Source: a virus (taxonomy: Duplodnaviria > Caudoviricetes). From it: a stretch of 64,000 nt of DNA. Under the pieces are notes generated by a model. It made no database searches and was not told the DNA's origin. It was given only the letters and a program-made list of their open reading frames with translations. Of this stretch, positions 9,904-18,178 are shown in pieces. A program made the position numbers and the translations under genes. Where the stretch lies: IMG/VR virus record IMGVR_UViG_2931642416_000001, positions 1-64,000 of that record; one strand, 5' to 3'. Within the stretch, counting starts at the first letter, position 1; each line of letters begins with the position of its first letter.

Positions 9904-10332
9904 ATGAGCACCGAGACCCCCGACCCGATCGCGCAGATCCGTGAGCGCTTCCTGAACGCGACCGAGGGCCCGTGGTGGTTCGACGAGTCCGACCGGACCT
10001 GGCGCCTCCACGGCGTCATGGGCCGTATCCCCGCCCAAGCGGACGGGTTCATCCCCGAGCAGGTGATGAACAAGCAGATCCTCAAGGCCGCCAAGTGCAA
10101 CACCCCGTACGCCGAGTACTGGCCGGACGAGGCCGACGCCGCGTTCATCTCCCACGCATGGGAGGACATGCGGGCCCTGCTGGCGGAGTTGGACGCCGCG
10201 CGGGACAAGCTTCGCAAGATCGACGCCTGCCAGGTGGTGTACGACAACGGCACGCCGATGGTCCTCGCCACCGACCTGCACGCGATCCTCCGGCCCGCGT
10301 CCACTCAGGCTCACTCGGATGGTTTGGCATGA
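9904..10332 (+). CDS. Ead/Ea22-like phage protein
   Basis: ATEGPW...DAAFISHAWEDMRALLAELD. Confidence 0.65.
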   Translation: MSTETPDPIAQIRERFLNATEGPWWFDESDRTWRLHGVMGRIPAQADGFIPEQVMNKQILKAAKCNTPYAEYWPDEADAAFISHAWEDMRALLAELDAARDKLRKIDACQVVYDNGTPMVLATDLHAILRPASTQAHSDGLA

Positions 10333-10736
10333 GCGAGATCACCCCCGAGAAGGTCGCCGCCGCGCTCACTGGTGGAGACGACGTCAACGAAGTGCTCAAC
10401 CGGTGGGTGGACGTGAACGCCATCCCTGGCAGCAGCGCCGTTCGGATCACGGTCACGCCGATCAGCGATGACGGAGATCCGGACACGGAGAACGCCCAGC
10501 ACTTCCGGGCGGTCGTCGTCGAGGGCGAGACGGACCCGATCGTGCTGCCCGCCGGAGCGGCCTGCGACTACATCAACGGCGACAACGGCTACCACTGGCT
10601 GACCTGCGGCACCTGCGAGGAGTCGATGGGGCAGATCACGGCTGGCACGAGCGTCGCGGAGATAGTCACCAAGATCGCCGCCCACAAGTGCACTCCTGAG
10701 GCCGCTCAGGCAGAGAAGGGCGGCACCGATGCCTGA
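10329..10736 (+). CDS. Hypothetical phage protein
   Basis: Translationally coupled ORF. Confidence 0.5.
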   Translation: MSEITPEKVAAALTGGDDVNEVLNRWVDVNAIPGSSAVRITVTPISDDGDPDTENAQHFRAVVVEGETDPIVLPAGAACDYINGDNGYHWLTCGTCEESMGQITAGTSVAEIVTKIAAHKCTPEAAQAEKGGTDA

Positions 10737-11100
10737 GCCGATGACGTCCGAGCGCCTGGCCGAGATCCGCCGCAACGAAGCCGAGGTAGCGGACTACATC
10801 ACCGAGGGGCTGATGCGCCGCACGTCCGCCTACCGGGACCGCACGGACCTGCTGGCCGAGGTGGACCGCCTCAAGGCCGAGGTGGCGGATCTGAGGAGCC
10901 GCTACGACGCTCAGAAGGACCGTGCCGACAAGACGTCGGCCAGGACACGCGGGCTGATGAGAGCGGCTCTACGCCGTATCGCCGAACTGCAGACGGTACG
11001 CGACGCCCTGAACGGGCAGAGCGCCCGCGCTGAGCGGCTTGATTTCGCGGTCAAGGAGATCCGCGACCTGTTCCACCCGGCCTCTGAGGGCGGTGAGTGA
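10729..11100 (+). CDS. Hypothetical coiled-coil protein
   Basis: ERLAEIR...LLAEVDRLKAEV. Confidence 0.55.
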   Translation: MPEPMTSERLAEIRRNEAEVADYITEGLMRRTSAYRDRTDLLAEVDRLKAEVADLRSRYDAQKDRADKTSARTRGLMRAALRRIAELQTVRDALNGQSARAERLDFAVKEIRDLFHPASEGGE

Positions 11101-11363
11101 TGGACACGCTGGAGCAGATCGCCGCGTTCCTGAACACCGCCTCGGGCGGCACGTGGCTCCTCGCCGGTGGTGTGATCACGGTCCTCCTCACGGTCGCCGC
11201 TGTGGCGTGGATGTTCCGCCGCTCCCTCCCTGTGGAGGAGATGGCGGACCCGGCCTACAACCCGGGCCTGGACCGCCACCAGAGGGTCCTGCGCGAGGTG
11301 TTCCGCGGCGAGGCTGAGCGTTACCCGGTCGACCTCCACGACGTGTTCGAGGAGGACCGGTGA
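11097..11363 (+). CDS. Small membrane protein
   Basis: Single hydrophobic helix. Confidence 0.55.
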   Translation: MMDTLEQIAAFLNTASGGTWLLAGGVITVLLTVAAVAWMFRRSLPVEEMADPAYNPGLDRHQRVLREVFRGEAERYPVDLHDVFEEDR

Positions 11364-11671
11364 GGAGCGCGCGTCTGACCGACAAGGCTGGCAGCGGGAA
11401 CGGATGGCGGCAGCGCGCTGCCTGCCGAGACGTTGACCCAGTCCTGTTCTTCGGCCCCGCGGGCGAGAAGGCCGTCTCTGCCTACATCCGCGAGACGGAA
11501 GCGGTCGCATTCTGTAACGCCAACTGCCCCGTCATCAGCCAGTGCCTGGAGTGGGCTCTCCAGCTCGGCGAAGCCGGCGTGTGGGGCGCCACCACGGAGG
11601 ACGAGCGCAAGGCCCTCAAGCGGCGCCAGCAGCGGGCCGCGCTTCGTGCCGCGGCGAAGGCCGCCACCTAA
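11360..11671 (+). CDS. whiB: WhiB-family transcription factor
   Basis: WRQRAACRDVDPVLFF, four Cys, GVWGATTEDER. Confidence 0.9.
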   Translation: MRSARLTDKAGSGNGWRQRAACRDVDPVLFFGPAGEKAVSAYIRETEAVAFCNANCPVISQCLEWALQLGEAGVWGATTEDERKALKRRQQRAALRAAAKAAT

Positions 11672-11699
11672 CCCCCCATCCAAGATCAAGGACTTTGCC

Positions 11700-12116
11700 A
11701 TGGGTTCACGTAAACCGCAGGACTACAGCCCCGACGAGTTCGACTCCGTCGTGGAGATGATCCGCAAGGATGCGTCGCTACGCGCGGACATCGAGGCCAT
11801 CACCGGGCAGACGGTCTACGGCAAGACGCCCCGCGAGCTGTTCAACCTCTTCCGCACGATCGAGAAGACGACGGCCGTGCAAGCCGCGGTCGTGAACTAC
11901 GGCCGCGCACGCCAAGCCGTCCGAGAGACCCGAGCCATGCTCGCTGAAGGGTCGCTCGAAGACCTGGCCCCGGCCGACCCGGCGCTGCGCCGTATCCAGG
12001 ACCTGGAAGCGAAGGTCGACGAGCTCAAGAGCACCAACAGCCGGCTGAAGGAGACCAATAAGGCCCTCATGTCCGGCAAGCCGATCAGCGTCATCAAGGG
12101 AGAGGTGGCCTCGTGA
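11700..12116 (+). CDS. Hypothetical protein with C-terminal coiled coil, coupled to the Cas7-like gene
   Basis: AAGGA RBS; GTGA overlap with 12113. Confidence 0.65.
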   Translation: MGSRKPQDYSPDEFDSVVEMIRKDASLRADIEAITGQTVYGKTPRELFNLFRTIEKTTAVQAAVVNYGRARQAVRETRAMLAEGSLEDLAPADPALRRIQDLEAKVDELKSTNSRLKETNKALMSGKPISVIKGEVAS

Positions 12117-12826
12117 GCGCCGTCGACATCTTCGGTACCGCGTCCAGCGTCGCCATCTACCGGGTGCGGCTGCAGGTCCTGGACAAGATCGTGGGCGGGG
12201 TGCCGTCCAGCCCGTCGGTCATCAAGGGTTGGCTGAAGACCCGCATGGAGCTGGGCGACCGGGATCTGCAGGAGCTCACGCAGAAGACGCTGACCGAGCG
12301 GTTCCAGGACCGTCAGCCGTCCGCTGACGAGCTGGCCGACGCGCTGCTGGAATCCGATGCGGCTCCGTCCGTCAACGGGTTCAAGCGCATCCCCGACACG
12401 GGCGAGCTCGCCTACGAGGGACGGTGCATGAAGGCCGCGCTGAAGGAGTTCATGAACTCCGCCTACCCGGGCGTGGAGTGGCCTGGGAAGTCCGCGGTGT
12501 CGAAGGGCTTCCGCAAGGGGCTGATGTCGACGGCGGCCGAGCGCGTGTTCGTCGAGGACATCTACATCGGTCTCGGCGTGAAGGAGCCGACCGGGGTCGA
12601 GGAGCGGATCAAGCACGTGATGACCCCGCAGGGGCCGCGCAGTTCGATCAACCGCGTCGAGTACGTCGACAGGCCGCTGCTGGAGTTCACCCTGAAGGTC
12701 CACGACGACTTCCTGCCGGCCGAGGCGTGGGGCCGCATCTGGGAGCGCGGCGAGGACATCGGCGTCGGCTCAGACCGTGGTCGTTCCGACGGCAAGTTCG
12801 AGCTGGTCTCGTGGGAGCGGATCTGA
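12113..12826 (+). CDS. Stand-alone Cas7/RAMP-superfamily protein
   Basis: RAMP hallmarks: N-terminal strand YRVRLQVLDKIVGG, YEGRCMKAALKE (cf. PGSSLKGALR) and C-terminal Gly-rich loop GEDIGVGSDRGRSDGKFEL. Confidence 0.75.
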   Translation: MSAVDIFGTASSVAIYRVRLQVLDKIVGGVPSSPSVIKGWLKTRMELGDRDLQELTQKTLTERFQDRQPSADELADALLESDAAPSVNGFKRIPDTGELAYEGRCMKAALKEFMNSAYPGVEWPGKSAVSKGFRKGLMSTAAERVFVEDIYIGLGVKEPTGVEERIKHVMTPQGPRSSINRVEYVDRPLLEFTLKVHDDFLPAEAWGRIWERGEDIGVGSDRGRSDGKFELVSWERI

Positions 12827-13239
12827 CATGGCTCTCCTGCACTGCGACGCCGCGCTCGTGGATGCGGCTAGCCCACCCTTGTGCGACAAGCCCAGCCCCG
12901 CCTCACGCACGCCAAGCCACACCGACACCTCGTGCCTAGCCACGCTCCCGCCGACCCGGCCCGCTTCGACGAGCCTCGCCCGCCCGAGCCGTGCACCGCG
13001 TCTGGCCGTACCGACACGCCACGTCACATCTACCCGCTCCACACCCACCCGACATGCCATACCTGGCCGCGCCGTACGCATCCCGACAACCCGACCCTTC
13101 CCCTGTCAGGCCGCCACCGACTTGCCATCCCAGATCTAGCCGGGGGCGACAATCCGGGGCCGCTCCGACCCGTGCAGCGACATGCCACTCCGTTGCCTGT
13201 CCTGACGAGCCGACGGGCCAGACCTGATCTGAGCTCGAC
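12825..13239 (+). repeat. Non-coding array of about 11 (C)GAC-anchored units made of NN(R)CC pentamers; putative guide-RNA array
   Basis: GAC anchors at 12846, 12885, 12924, 12968, 13013, 13051, 13085, 13119, 13148, 13179, 13212 and 13237. Example unit: GAC-acgcc-acgtc-acatc-taccc-gctcc-acacc-caccc-GAC. Transcribed strand is not established. Confidence 0.78.
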
Positions 13240-13259
13240 GCCGGCATAGCGAACGACGA

Positions 13260-13288
13260 AGGGCCGCCCGCACCGGGCGGGCGGCCCT
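13260..13288. terminator. Perfect 12-bp GC hairpin closing the pentamer array
   Basis: AGGGCCGCCCGC-accgg-GCGGGCGGCCCT. Confidence 0.7.
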
Positions 13289-13323
13289 GACAACTAGCAG
13301 ACACGAGAGGAGGGGCAGGCGTC

Positions 13324-13503
13324 ATGACCCCCGAGGAGATGTACGCCGCGGTCGACGCCCGCCGGCAGGAGTTGGACCTGCCTTGGTGGCGGATCGCTAT
13401 CCAGCTCCAGTGCACGTCCGATCAGGTGCGGTGGATGAGGCGCGGCCACGTGTCGAAGCCGTTGCGGGCCCGCGTCGAGGCGTGGCTGGGGGAGGCGTCG
13501 TGA
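13324..13503 (+). CDS. Small HTH-like protein
   Basis: GAGGAGG RBS; MTPEEMYAAVDARRQELDLPWWRIAIQLQ. Confidence 0.55.
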   Translation: MTPEEMYAAVDARRQELDLPWWRIAIQLQCTSDQVRWMRRGHVSKPLRARVEAWLGEAS

Positions 13504-13508
13504 AGACG

Positions 13509-13697
13509 TCAGGAGTCGGCCGACTCCGTCGGAGCCTTGGGCGGGCGGGGAAGCTTGGCGCCTCGCTCGCCCACGTACCAGCGAAGGAACTCGCGGATCA
13601 CGGCGGAACGGTTGCGGTCGCCCACGATCGCGCCGAAGGCAGCCCACAGCTCGTCATCAACCCGGATGGGGCGGTGTCGCGTGTGGGTGTCTTTCAC
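13509..13697 (-). CDS. Ribbon-helix-helix (CopG/ParG-like) regulator
   Basis: RHRPIRVDDELWAAF...RSAVIREFLRWYV. Confidence 0.7.
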   Translation of the reverse strand: MKDTHTRHRPIRVDDELWAAFGAIVGDRNRSAVIREFLRWYVGERGAKLPRPPKAPTESADS

Positions 13698-13711
13698 GAG
13701 GTCAATGGTAG

Positions 13712-13785
13712 GCGCTGTATATACAGCGCTGCTCAGCGCAAGGTTGCCGTGTATATCCACACCCGCTATCGTCGTGTATATCCAC
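13712..13785. promoter_or_regulatory. Operator-like palindrome and direct repeats
   Basis: Perfect 18-bp palindrome GCGCTGTATATACAGCGC (13712-13729); CGTGTATATCCAC twice (13748, 13773). Confidence 0.65.
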
Positions 13786-13847
13786 GCCAAGGGCAAGTGC
13801 CCTGGCAGATAGGCGTTTGTTCACGCGAGACCGGGGGTCTATTTCGC

Positions 13848-14366
13848 ATGCTCAAAAACACCTGCAAGTCCAGCGCCAGACGCACTCTGCCCGCGCACGA
13901 GACGGGCCATCACCTGACCTACCGCCTGAGCTGCGATACGTACGAGCAGATGCTCGCTGACACCGAGCAGTGCTGCGAGATCTGCGGCACGCACGCCCGG
14001 AAGAACCCAGGCGGCAAGCTCTACATCGACCACGACTATGGCCTTGGCAACTGGGCGGTCCGCGGGCTGCTGTGCAACTACTGCAACACCCTGATTGGCG
14101 ACCGGCCAGGGTGGCACCTGCCCGCGCATCTCGACGCCACGCCCTATCTCACTAACCCCTGGTACGCGCGCCGGCTGGCCGAACTCGGACGCACCCCACA
14201 TGGTCCTGCCGAGCCCAAGAACGGCTCGCTGGTCGTCGATTACCGAGGACGCATCTGGGGTCGTACAGGAAGCGGCTGGAGGCAGGCGCCCGGTCGCGGC
14301 CGGATCATCTCGTGGGCCTTATTGGTCACCTGGTCCGGCCCCATCTCATTGACCGTTCTTCATTAA
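13848..14366 (+). CDS. Endonuclease VII-like protein
   Basis: YEQML...CEICG...IDHD...VRGLLCNYCNTLIG. Confidence 0.82.
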   Translation: MLKNTCKSSARRTLPAHETGHHLTYRLSCDTYEQMLADTEQCCEICGTHARKNPGGKLYIDHDYGLGNWAVRGLLCNYCNTLIGDRPGWHLPAHLDATPYLTNPWYARRLAELGRTPHGPAEPKNGSLVVDYRGRIWGRTGSGWRQAPGRGRIISWALLVTWSGPISLTVLH

Positions 14367-14466
14367 TCGAACAACTGAGTGATCAGGGGGACTGAAGTGG
14401 CGCAACCCCGAAGACCGGCCCAGCTCCGAACCGGAACGACCTACTAGAGCAACTGGAGCGCCGAAC

Positions 14467-15480
14467 GTGGCGGGAAGCTACGCCAAGATCTTTAACGAGA
14501 TCTGGGCAGACCCGGACTTCAGGTCCCTCAGCAGGGGCCAGCAGTGGCTGTACTTCGCGCTGATCAGTCAGCCGGAGCTGAACTTCGCCGGCGTGGTGAC
14601 GACGACGGATCGCCGTCTCACGGGTTGCGCCGCGGGGTTCACGGTGGATGAGCTGCGGGCCGATCTGAAGGTGCTGGAGGCCCGCAGGTACGTCGTCGTG
14701 GACGACGAGCATGACGAGATCCTGGTCCGCTCCTACGTGCGCCATGACGGCGCGTGGCGGACCCCGAACGTCCTGACGAGCATCGTGCGGGCGGCGGTCG
14801 GTGTCCGGTCGACCGCCATCCGGGCCACCCTGGCGGAGGAGTTGGCGCGGCTTCCGCTCCAGGAGTTGTCCGGCAAGAAGGCCGAAGACATGCGGGCGTC
14901 GGTCACAAGGGTTATCGAAACCCTTAGGCCAAGGGTTGCCGCAACGGTTCCCGCAAGGGTTAGCCGAAGCGTTACGGCAAGGGTCACGGAGACCCTTCCG
15001 GAAGGGTTGGTTCAACCCTCGGCCCAACCCATTGCCGAACCCATCGTTGTTGTTGCTGTTGTAGGTGAAGAAGTTAAAGACCGTACTTCGGTCACTCTCC
15101 CTCACGATCCTTCGCCTCCTTCGGAGTCGGAGAGTGAGGGCGTTCTCATCGAGCTGCCGACCAAGCCGAAGATCGAGTGCGGCAGCGACCAGGATCCCGA
15201 CTTCGTCGCCTTCTGGACGAACTACCCGCGCAAGGTCGGCAAGCCGTCCGCCCGCACCGCATGGCGCAAGGCGATCAAGGCCGGCGTGGACCCGAAGGTC
15301 GTGATCGAGGCTGCCGCCGCCTACCGGGACGACCCCGAGCGGCGACGTCGCGGCAAGCAGTTCACGCCGCACCCATCCACCTGGCTCAACGATGACCGCT
15401 ACGAGCCTGACGAGGACGACGAAGACGACACCTGGACCTGGAGCGACGTCCAAGAGGCTGCCCCGGCGGAGTTCAACTGA
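14467..15480 (+). CDS. Phage replication initiator / replisome organizer
   Basis: IWADPDFRSLS..QWLYFAL N-terminus; FWTNYPRKVGK...HPSTWLN C-terminal domain; lies upstream of the helicase. Confidence 0.8.
   Translation: MAGSYAKIFNEIWADPDFRSLSRGQQWLYFALISQPELNFAGVVTTTDRRLTGCAAGFTVDELRADLKVLEARRYVVVDDEHDEILVRSYVRHDGAWRTPNVLTSIVRAAVGVRSTAIRATLAEELARLPLQELSGKKAEDMRASVTRVIETLRPRVAATVPARVSRSVTARVTETLPEGLVQPSAQPIAEPIVVVAVVGEEVKDRTSVTLPHDPSPPSESESEGVLIELPTKPKIECGSDQDPDFVAFWTNYPRKVGKPSARTAWRKAIKAGVDPKVVIEAAAAYRDDPERRRRGKQFTPHPSTWLNDDRYEPDEDDEDDTWTWSDVQEAAPAEFN
14906..15045. repeat. About 12-bp periodic iteron-like repeats (putative phage origin)
   Basis: CAAGGGTT/AACCCTT variants at 14906, 14918, 14930, 14942, 14954, 14966, 14978, 14990 and ~15001, followed by a more AT-rich tract. 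Confidence 0.65.
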
Positions 15481-16736
15481 TGAACGACGACTACCGGGCG
15501 CTGCCCCACGACATCGACGCCGAGAAGGCCGCCCTCGGTGCTGCTCTGATCTCGCCGAACGCGGCTCACGCGGTGTTCTCCCACCTGTCGATGGATCACT
15601 TCTACCGACCTCAGCACAGGCTGATCTTCCGCGGCGTCGTCGACCTGTACCGGCGGGGCGAAGCCGTGGACGTGCTCACGGTGCGCGCCGAACTCAACAG
15701 GACCGGGACGCTGAGTCAGGCCGGTGGCGACATGTACCTGTCGGACCTGGCGGCGTTCGTGCCTACCGCTGCGAACGTGGGCTTCTACGTTGCCCGGGTT
15801 CGCGAGCTGGGCACGAAGGCGATCACGATCCAGGAGCTGTCCCGTATCGCGGGGGAGGGCTACAACGAGTCCATCAGCTCCGACGAGATGCTGGTCGCCA
15901 CCGAGGACGCGCTGACCCGGTTTCGCGCGCTGGCGACGGATGAGAACCAGATCGAGGGGTTCTCGACGCTGGGCGCGTTCATCGACGAGGCCGACACCGA
16001 GTACGACTGGCTGATCCCGGGCGTGCTGGAGCGCATGGATCGCGTCATCGTCGTGGCCTCCGAGGGCGCCGGCAAGACGACTCTGGCCCGGCAGATTGCC
16101 GTCCAGCTCGCGGCCGGCGTCCACCCCTTCTCGCCGCACACGCGGATCCCGCCGGCGCGAACCCTGTACATCGACCTGGAGAACCCGCCCGCTCTGGTGC
16201 GGCGCAAGGTGCGCCAGCTCGTCAACCTGGGTCGGGAGCACTCCGGCTGGGACGACGACCGGGCGTGGAGGTGGACCCGGCCGGGCGGCATCGACCTTCG
16301 CAAGCCGCACGACCAGCACCTGGTGGACCGTGTGATCGAGCAGTCTCGCGCCGAGTTCGTCGCGATGGGGCCGCTCTACAAGACGTTCCTCGAAGGCGAC
16401 GCGAAGGCCGAGACCGTCAACGGGCAGGTCGCCCGCATTCTCGACGGGTTCCGTGCCCGTCACGGTGTGGCCCTGTGGCTCGAAACGCACGCCCCGATGG
16501 AGCAGCAGGGCATGCGCTCTCTCCGCCCGATGGGGTCCGGCGTGTGGTCCCGCTGGCCTGAGTTCGGGCTGGCCCTGCGCAAGTCGAAGGACAGGCCAAG
16601 CCGGGTTCATCTGGAGCGGTTCCGCGGCGACCGCGACGAACGCGCCTGGCCGCACCACCTCGAACGCTCCAGCCCCTGGCCGTGGAGCGCCGTCTGGGAC
16701 GGCGGTTTCCCGGTCGAAGAAGCAACCAGCGCTTGA
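15480..16736 (+). CDS. DnaB-like replicative helicase (DnaB N-terminus plus RecA-like AAA_25)
   Basis: LPHDIDAEKAALGA...FYRPQHRLIF; Walker A ASEGAGKTT. Confidence 0.85.
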   Translation: MNDDYRALPHDIDAEKAALGAALISPNAAHAVFSHLSMDHFYRPQHRLIFRGVVDLYRRGEAVDVLTVRAELNRTGTLSQAGGDMYLSDLAAFVPTAANVGFYVARVRELGTKAITIQELSRIAGEGYNESISSDEMLVATEDALTRFRALATDENQIEGFSTLGAFIDEADTEYDWLIPGVLERMDRVIVVASEGAGKTTLARQIAVQLAAGVHPFSPHTRIPPARTLYIDLENPPALVRRKVRQLVNLGREHSGWDDDRAWRWTRPGGIDLRKPHDQHLVDRVIEQSRAEFVAMGPLYKTFLEGDAKAETVNGQVARILDGFRARHGVALWLETHAPMEQQGMRSLRPMGSGVWSRWPEFGLALRKSKDRPSRVHLERFRGDRDERAWPHHLERSSPWPWSAVWDGGFPVEEATSA

Positions 16737-16757
16737 CGCCCTGAAAGGACTCTTGCT

Positions 16758-17078
16758 GTGACGGCACCTCCTGAGACCACTGCGGGCTTACTGAAGATCC
16801 GCGAGGACTGGCTGAAGGTCATCGCGATCGAGAGCCCGCACGGCGGGTTCGACATCGCCGTGGTGATCGACGGCTCTTACGACCGGCAGTACTACGACCC
16901 GGCCGACCTGAAAGAGACCTGGGCCAAGCGCCTGAAGGCGGCCCTGGCCGTGGACGGTCTTCCGCTGGGCGTCCCGCTGAGCCAGTGCCCGAACAAGGCG
17001 GCGCTGCTGGGCGGCGAGCCAATGCCGGCGCTTCCTGTCCCGTCCCCCGCTAGAGAGGAGACCCCTAACCATGGCTGA
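16758..17078 (+). CDS. Hypothetical phage protein
   Basis: AAAGGA RBS; part of a coupled gene chain. Confidence 0.5.
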   Translation: MTAPPETTAGLLKIREDWLKVIAIESPHGGFDIAVVIDGSYDRQYYDPADLKETWAKRLKAALAVDGLPLGVPLSQCPNKAALLGGEPMPALPVPSPAREETPNHG

Positions 17079-17409
17079 CACCAAGATCGACACGCCCGCT
17101 GACCAGATGCGGTTGGCGGTTCGACGGCTGCGCTGCGATCACCGCTACCCGATCCAGCCGCCGCACGGCTCCCTCGCCCACCCCGGCCCCTGCCTGAACT
17201 GCGGCTTGCCGCACCCCGGCGACGAGCAGGTCCCCGAAGCGCTGGCAGGTGCGCTGGTCTTCCTACTGGACGAGCTGGCCCGCCAGTACGACATGCCGCC
17301 CTGTGACAAGCCGGACGGCTGCTGCAACGGCTGTGAGCGGCGCGACGACTTCGTGTACGCCAACGGCCTCGCCCAGATCATCAACGGAGACAAGGGATTT
17401 GCCTCATGA
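17071..17409 (+). CDS. Cys-rich hypothetical protein
   Basis: GAGGAG RBS. Confidence 0.55.
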   Translation: MADTKIDTPADQMRLAVRRLRCDHRYPIQPPHGSLAHPGPCLNCGLPHPGDEQVPEALAGALVFLLDELARQYDMPPCDKPDGCCNGCERRDDFVYANGLAQIINGDKGFAS

Positions 17410-17786
17410 GCGACACCAAGATCACCCCGAATCCGTACAGCCCCTACGCCAACGCCGATCCGGAGTGGCGGCATCTGATCCCGTCGCTGTTCGGCATCGT
17501 CCCGGAGCCGGGCGTGCTGTGCCTGACCGCGTGCGACCGGATGGCGGTCGCGCCGGAGGAGGCGCTCAAGGACGCCACGGACGGGCTCGTCGGTGTGGAG
17601 AGCTTGCCGGATGGGCTGTGCCCGAGCTGCGTGGCCATGGCCAAGGCAGGCGAGGTGCCGGTCCCGGCGCGCTCCCAGGAGTGCCGCGAGTGCGGCGAGT
17701 TCGGCACGCAGGGCGAGTGGTGCGCTCTGTGCCGTCAGGACCTGCACGACGAGTGGTGGCCGACGCGAGAGGCGGCGAAGGCATGA
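17406..17786 (+). CDS. Zinc-finger hypothetical protein
   Basis: Multiple CxxC motifs; ATGA overlap. Confidence 0.55.
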   Translation: MSDTKITPNPYSPYANADPEWRHLIPSLFGIVPEPGVLCLTACDRMAVAPEEALKDATDGLVGVESLPDGLCPSCVAMAKAGEVPVPARSQECRECGEFGTQGEWCALCRQDLHDEWWPTREAAKA

Positions 17787-18178
17787 GCCTACCCACCTAC
17801 GGCGAGGTGTACGCGAAGGCCGCCGAAGGGTCGCCGTTCTCGAACTCGACAGAGGGCGACGCCTGGATCACCAACAACTGCCAGCGCTGCATCCACGACA
17901 AGCCCGCCCGCAACGACGACTACGAGAACGCCTGCCCGATCCTCGGAGTCGCCTACTGCGGGAAGACGCCCGCCGAGTGGATGCGCAAGGAAGGCTTCCG
18001 CCTGGGCGACCAGTACACGTGCCTGTTCTTCCGCGACGAGAACGACGGCGGGCCGGACGAGCCGACGCCGGTCCCGGACCCTCCCGGCCAACTCACGCTG
18101 TGCCCGCGAGAGCCGTTCGAGCGTCCGGGGCGGATGTTCGCCGACACGAAGCCGCAGGAGGTGTCCGTCCGTGGCTGA
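17783..18178 (+). CDS. Hypothetical phage protein
   Basis: PFSNSTEGDAW..NNCQRC motif. Confidence 0.6.
   Translation: MSLPTYGEVYAKAAEGSPFSNSTEGDAWITNNCQRCIHDKPARNDDYENACPILGVAYCGKTPAEWMRKEGFRLGDQYTCLFFRDENDGGPDEPTPVPDPPGQLTLCPREPFERPGRMFADTKPQEVSVRG

Noticed and set aside
12825-13239. Canonical CRISPR array next to the Cas7-like gene
   Set aside because: No identical 25-40 bp direct repeats separated by unique spacers; only 3-4-nt anchors and a pentamer frame are conserved.
12770-13293. ORFs spanning the array (12777-13139 +, 12881-13249 +, 12991-13227 +, 12770-13081 -, 13030-13293 -)
   Set aside because: Low-complexity P/R/S/T translations and several frames open simply because C-rich DNA lacks stops; period 5 argues against coding. 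The ATG at 12828 cannot be formally excluded.
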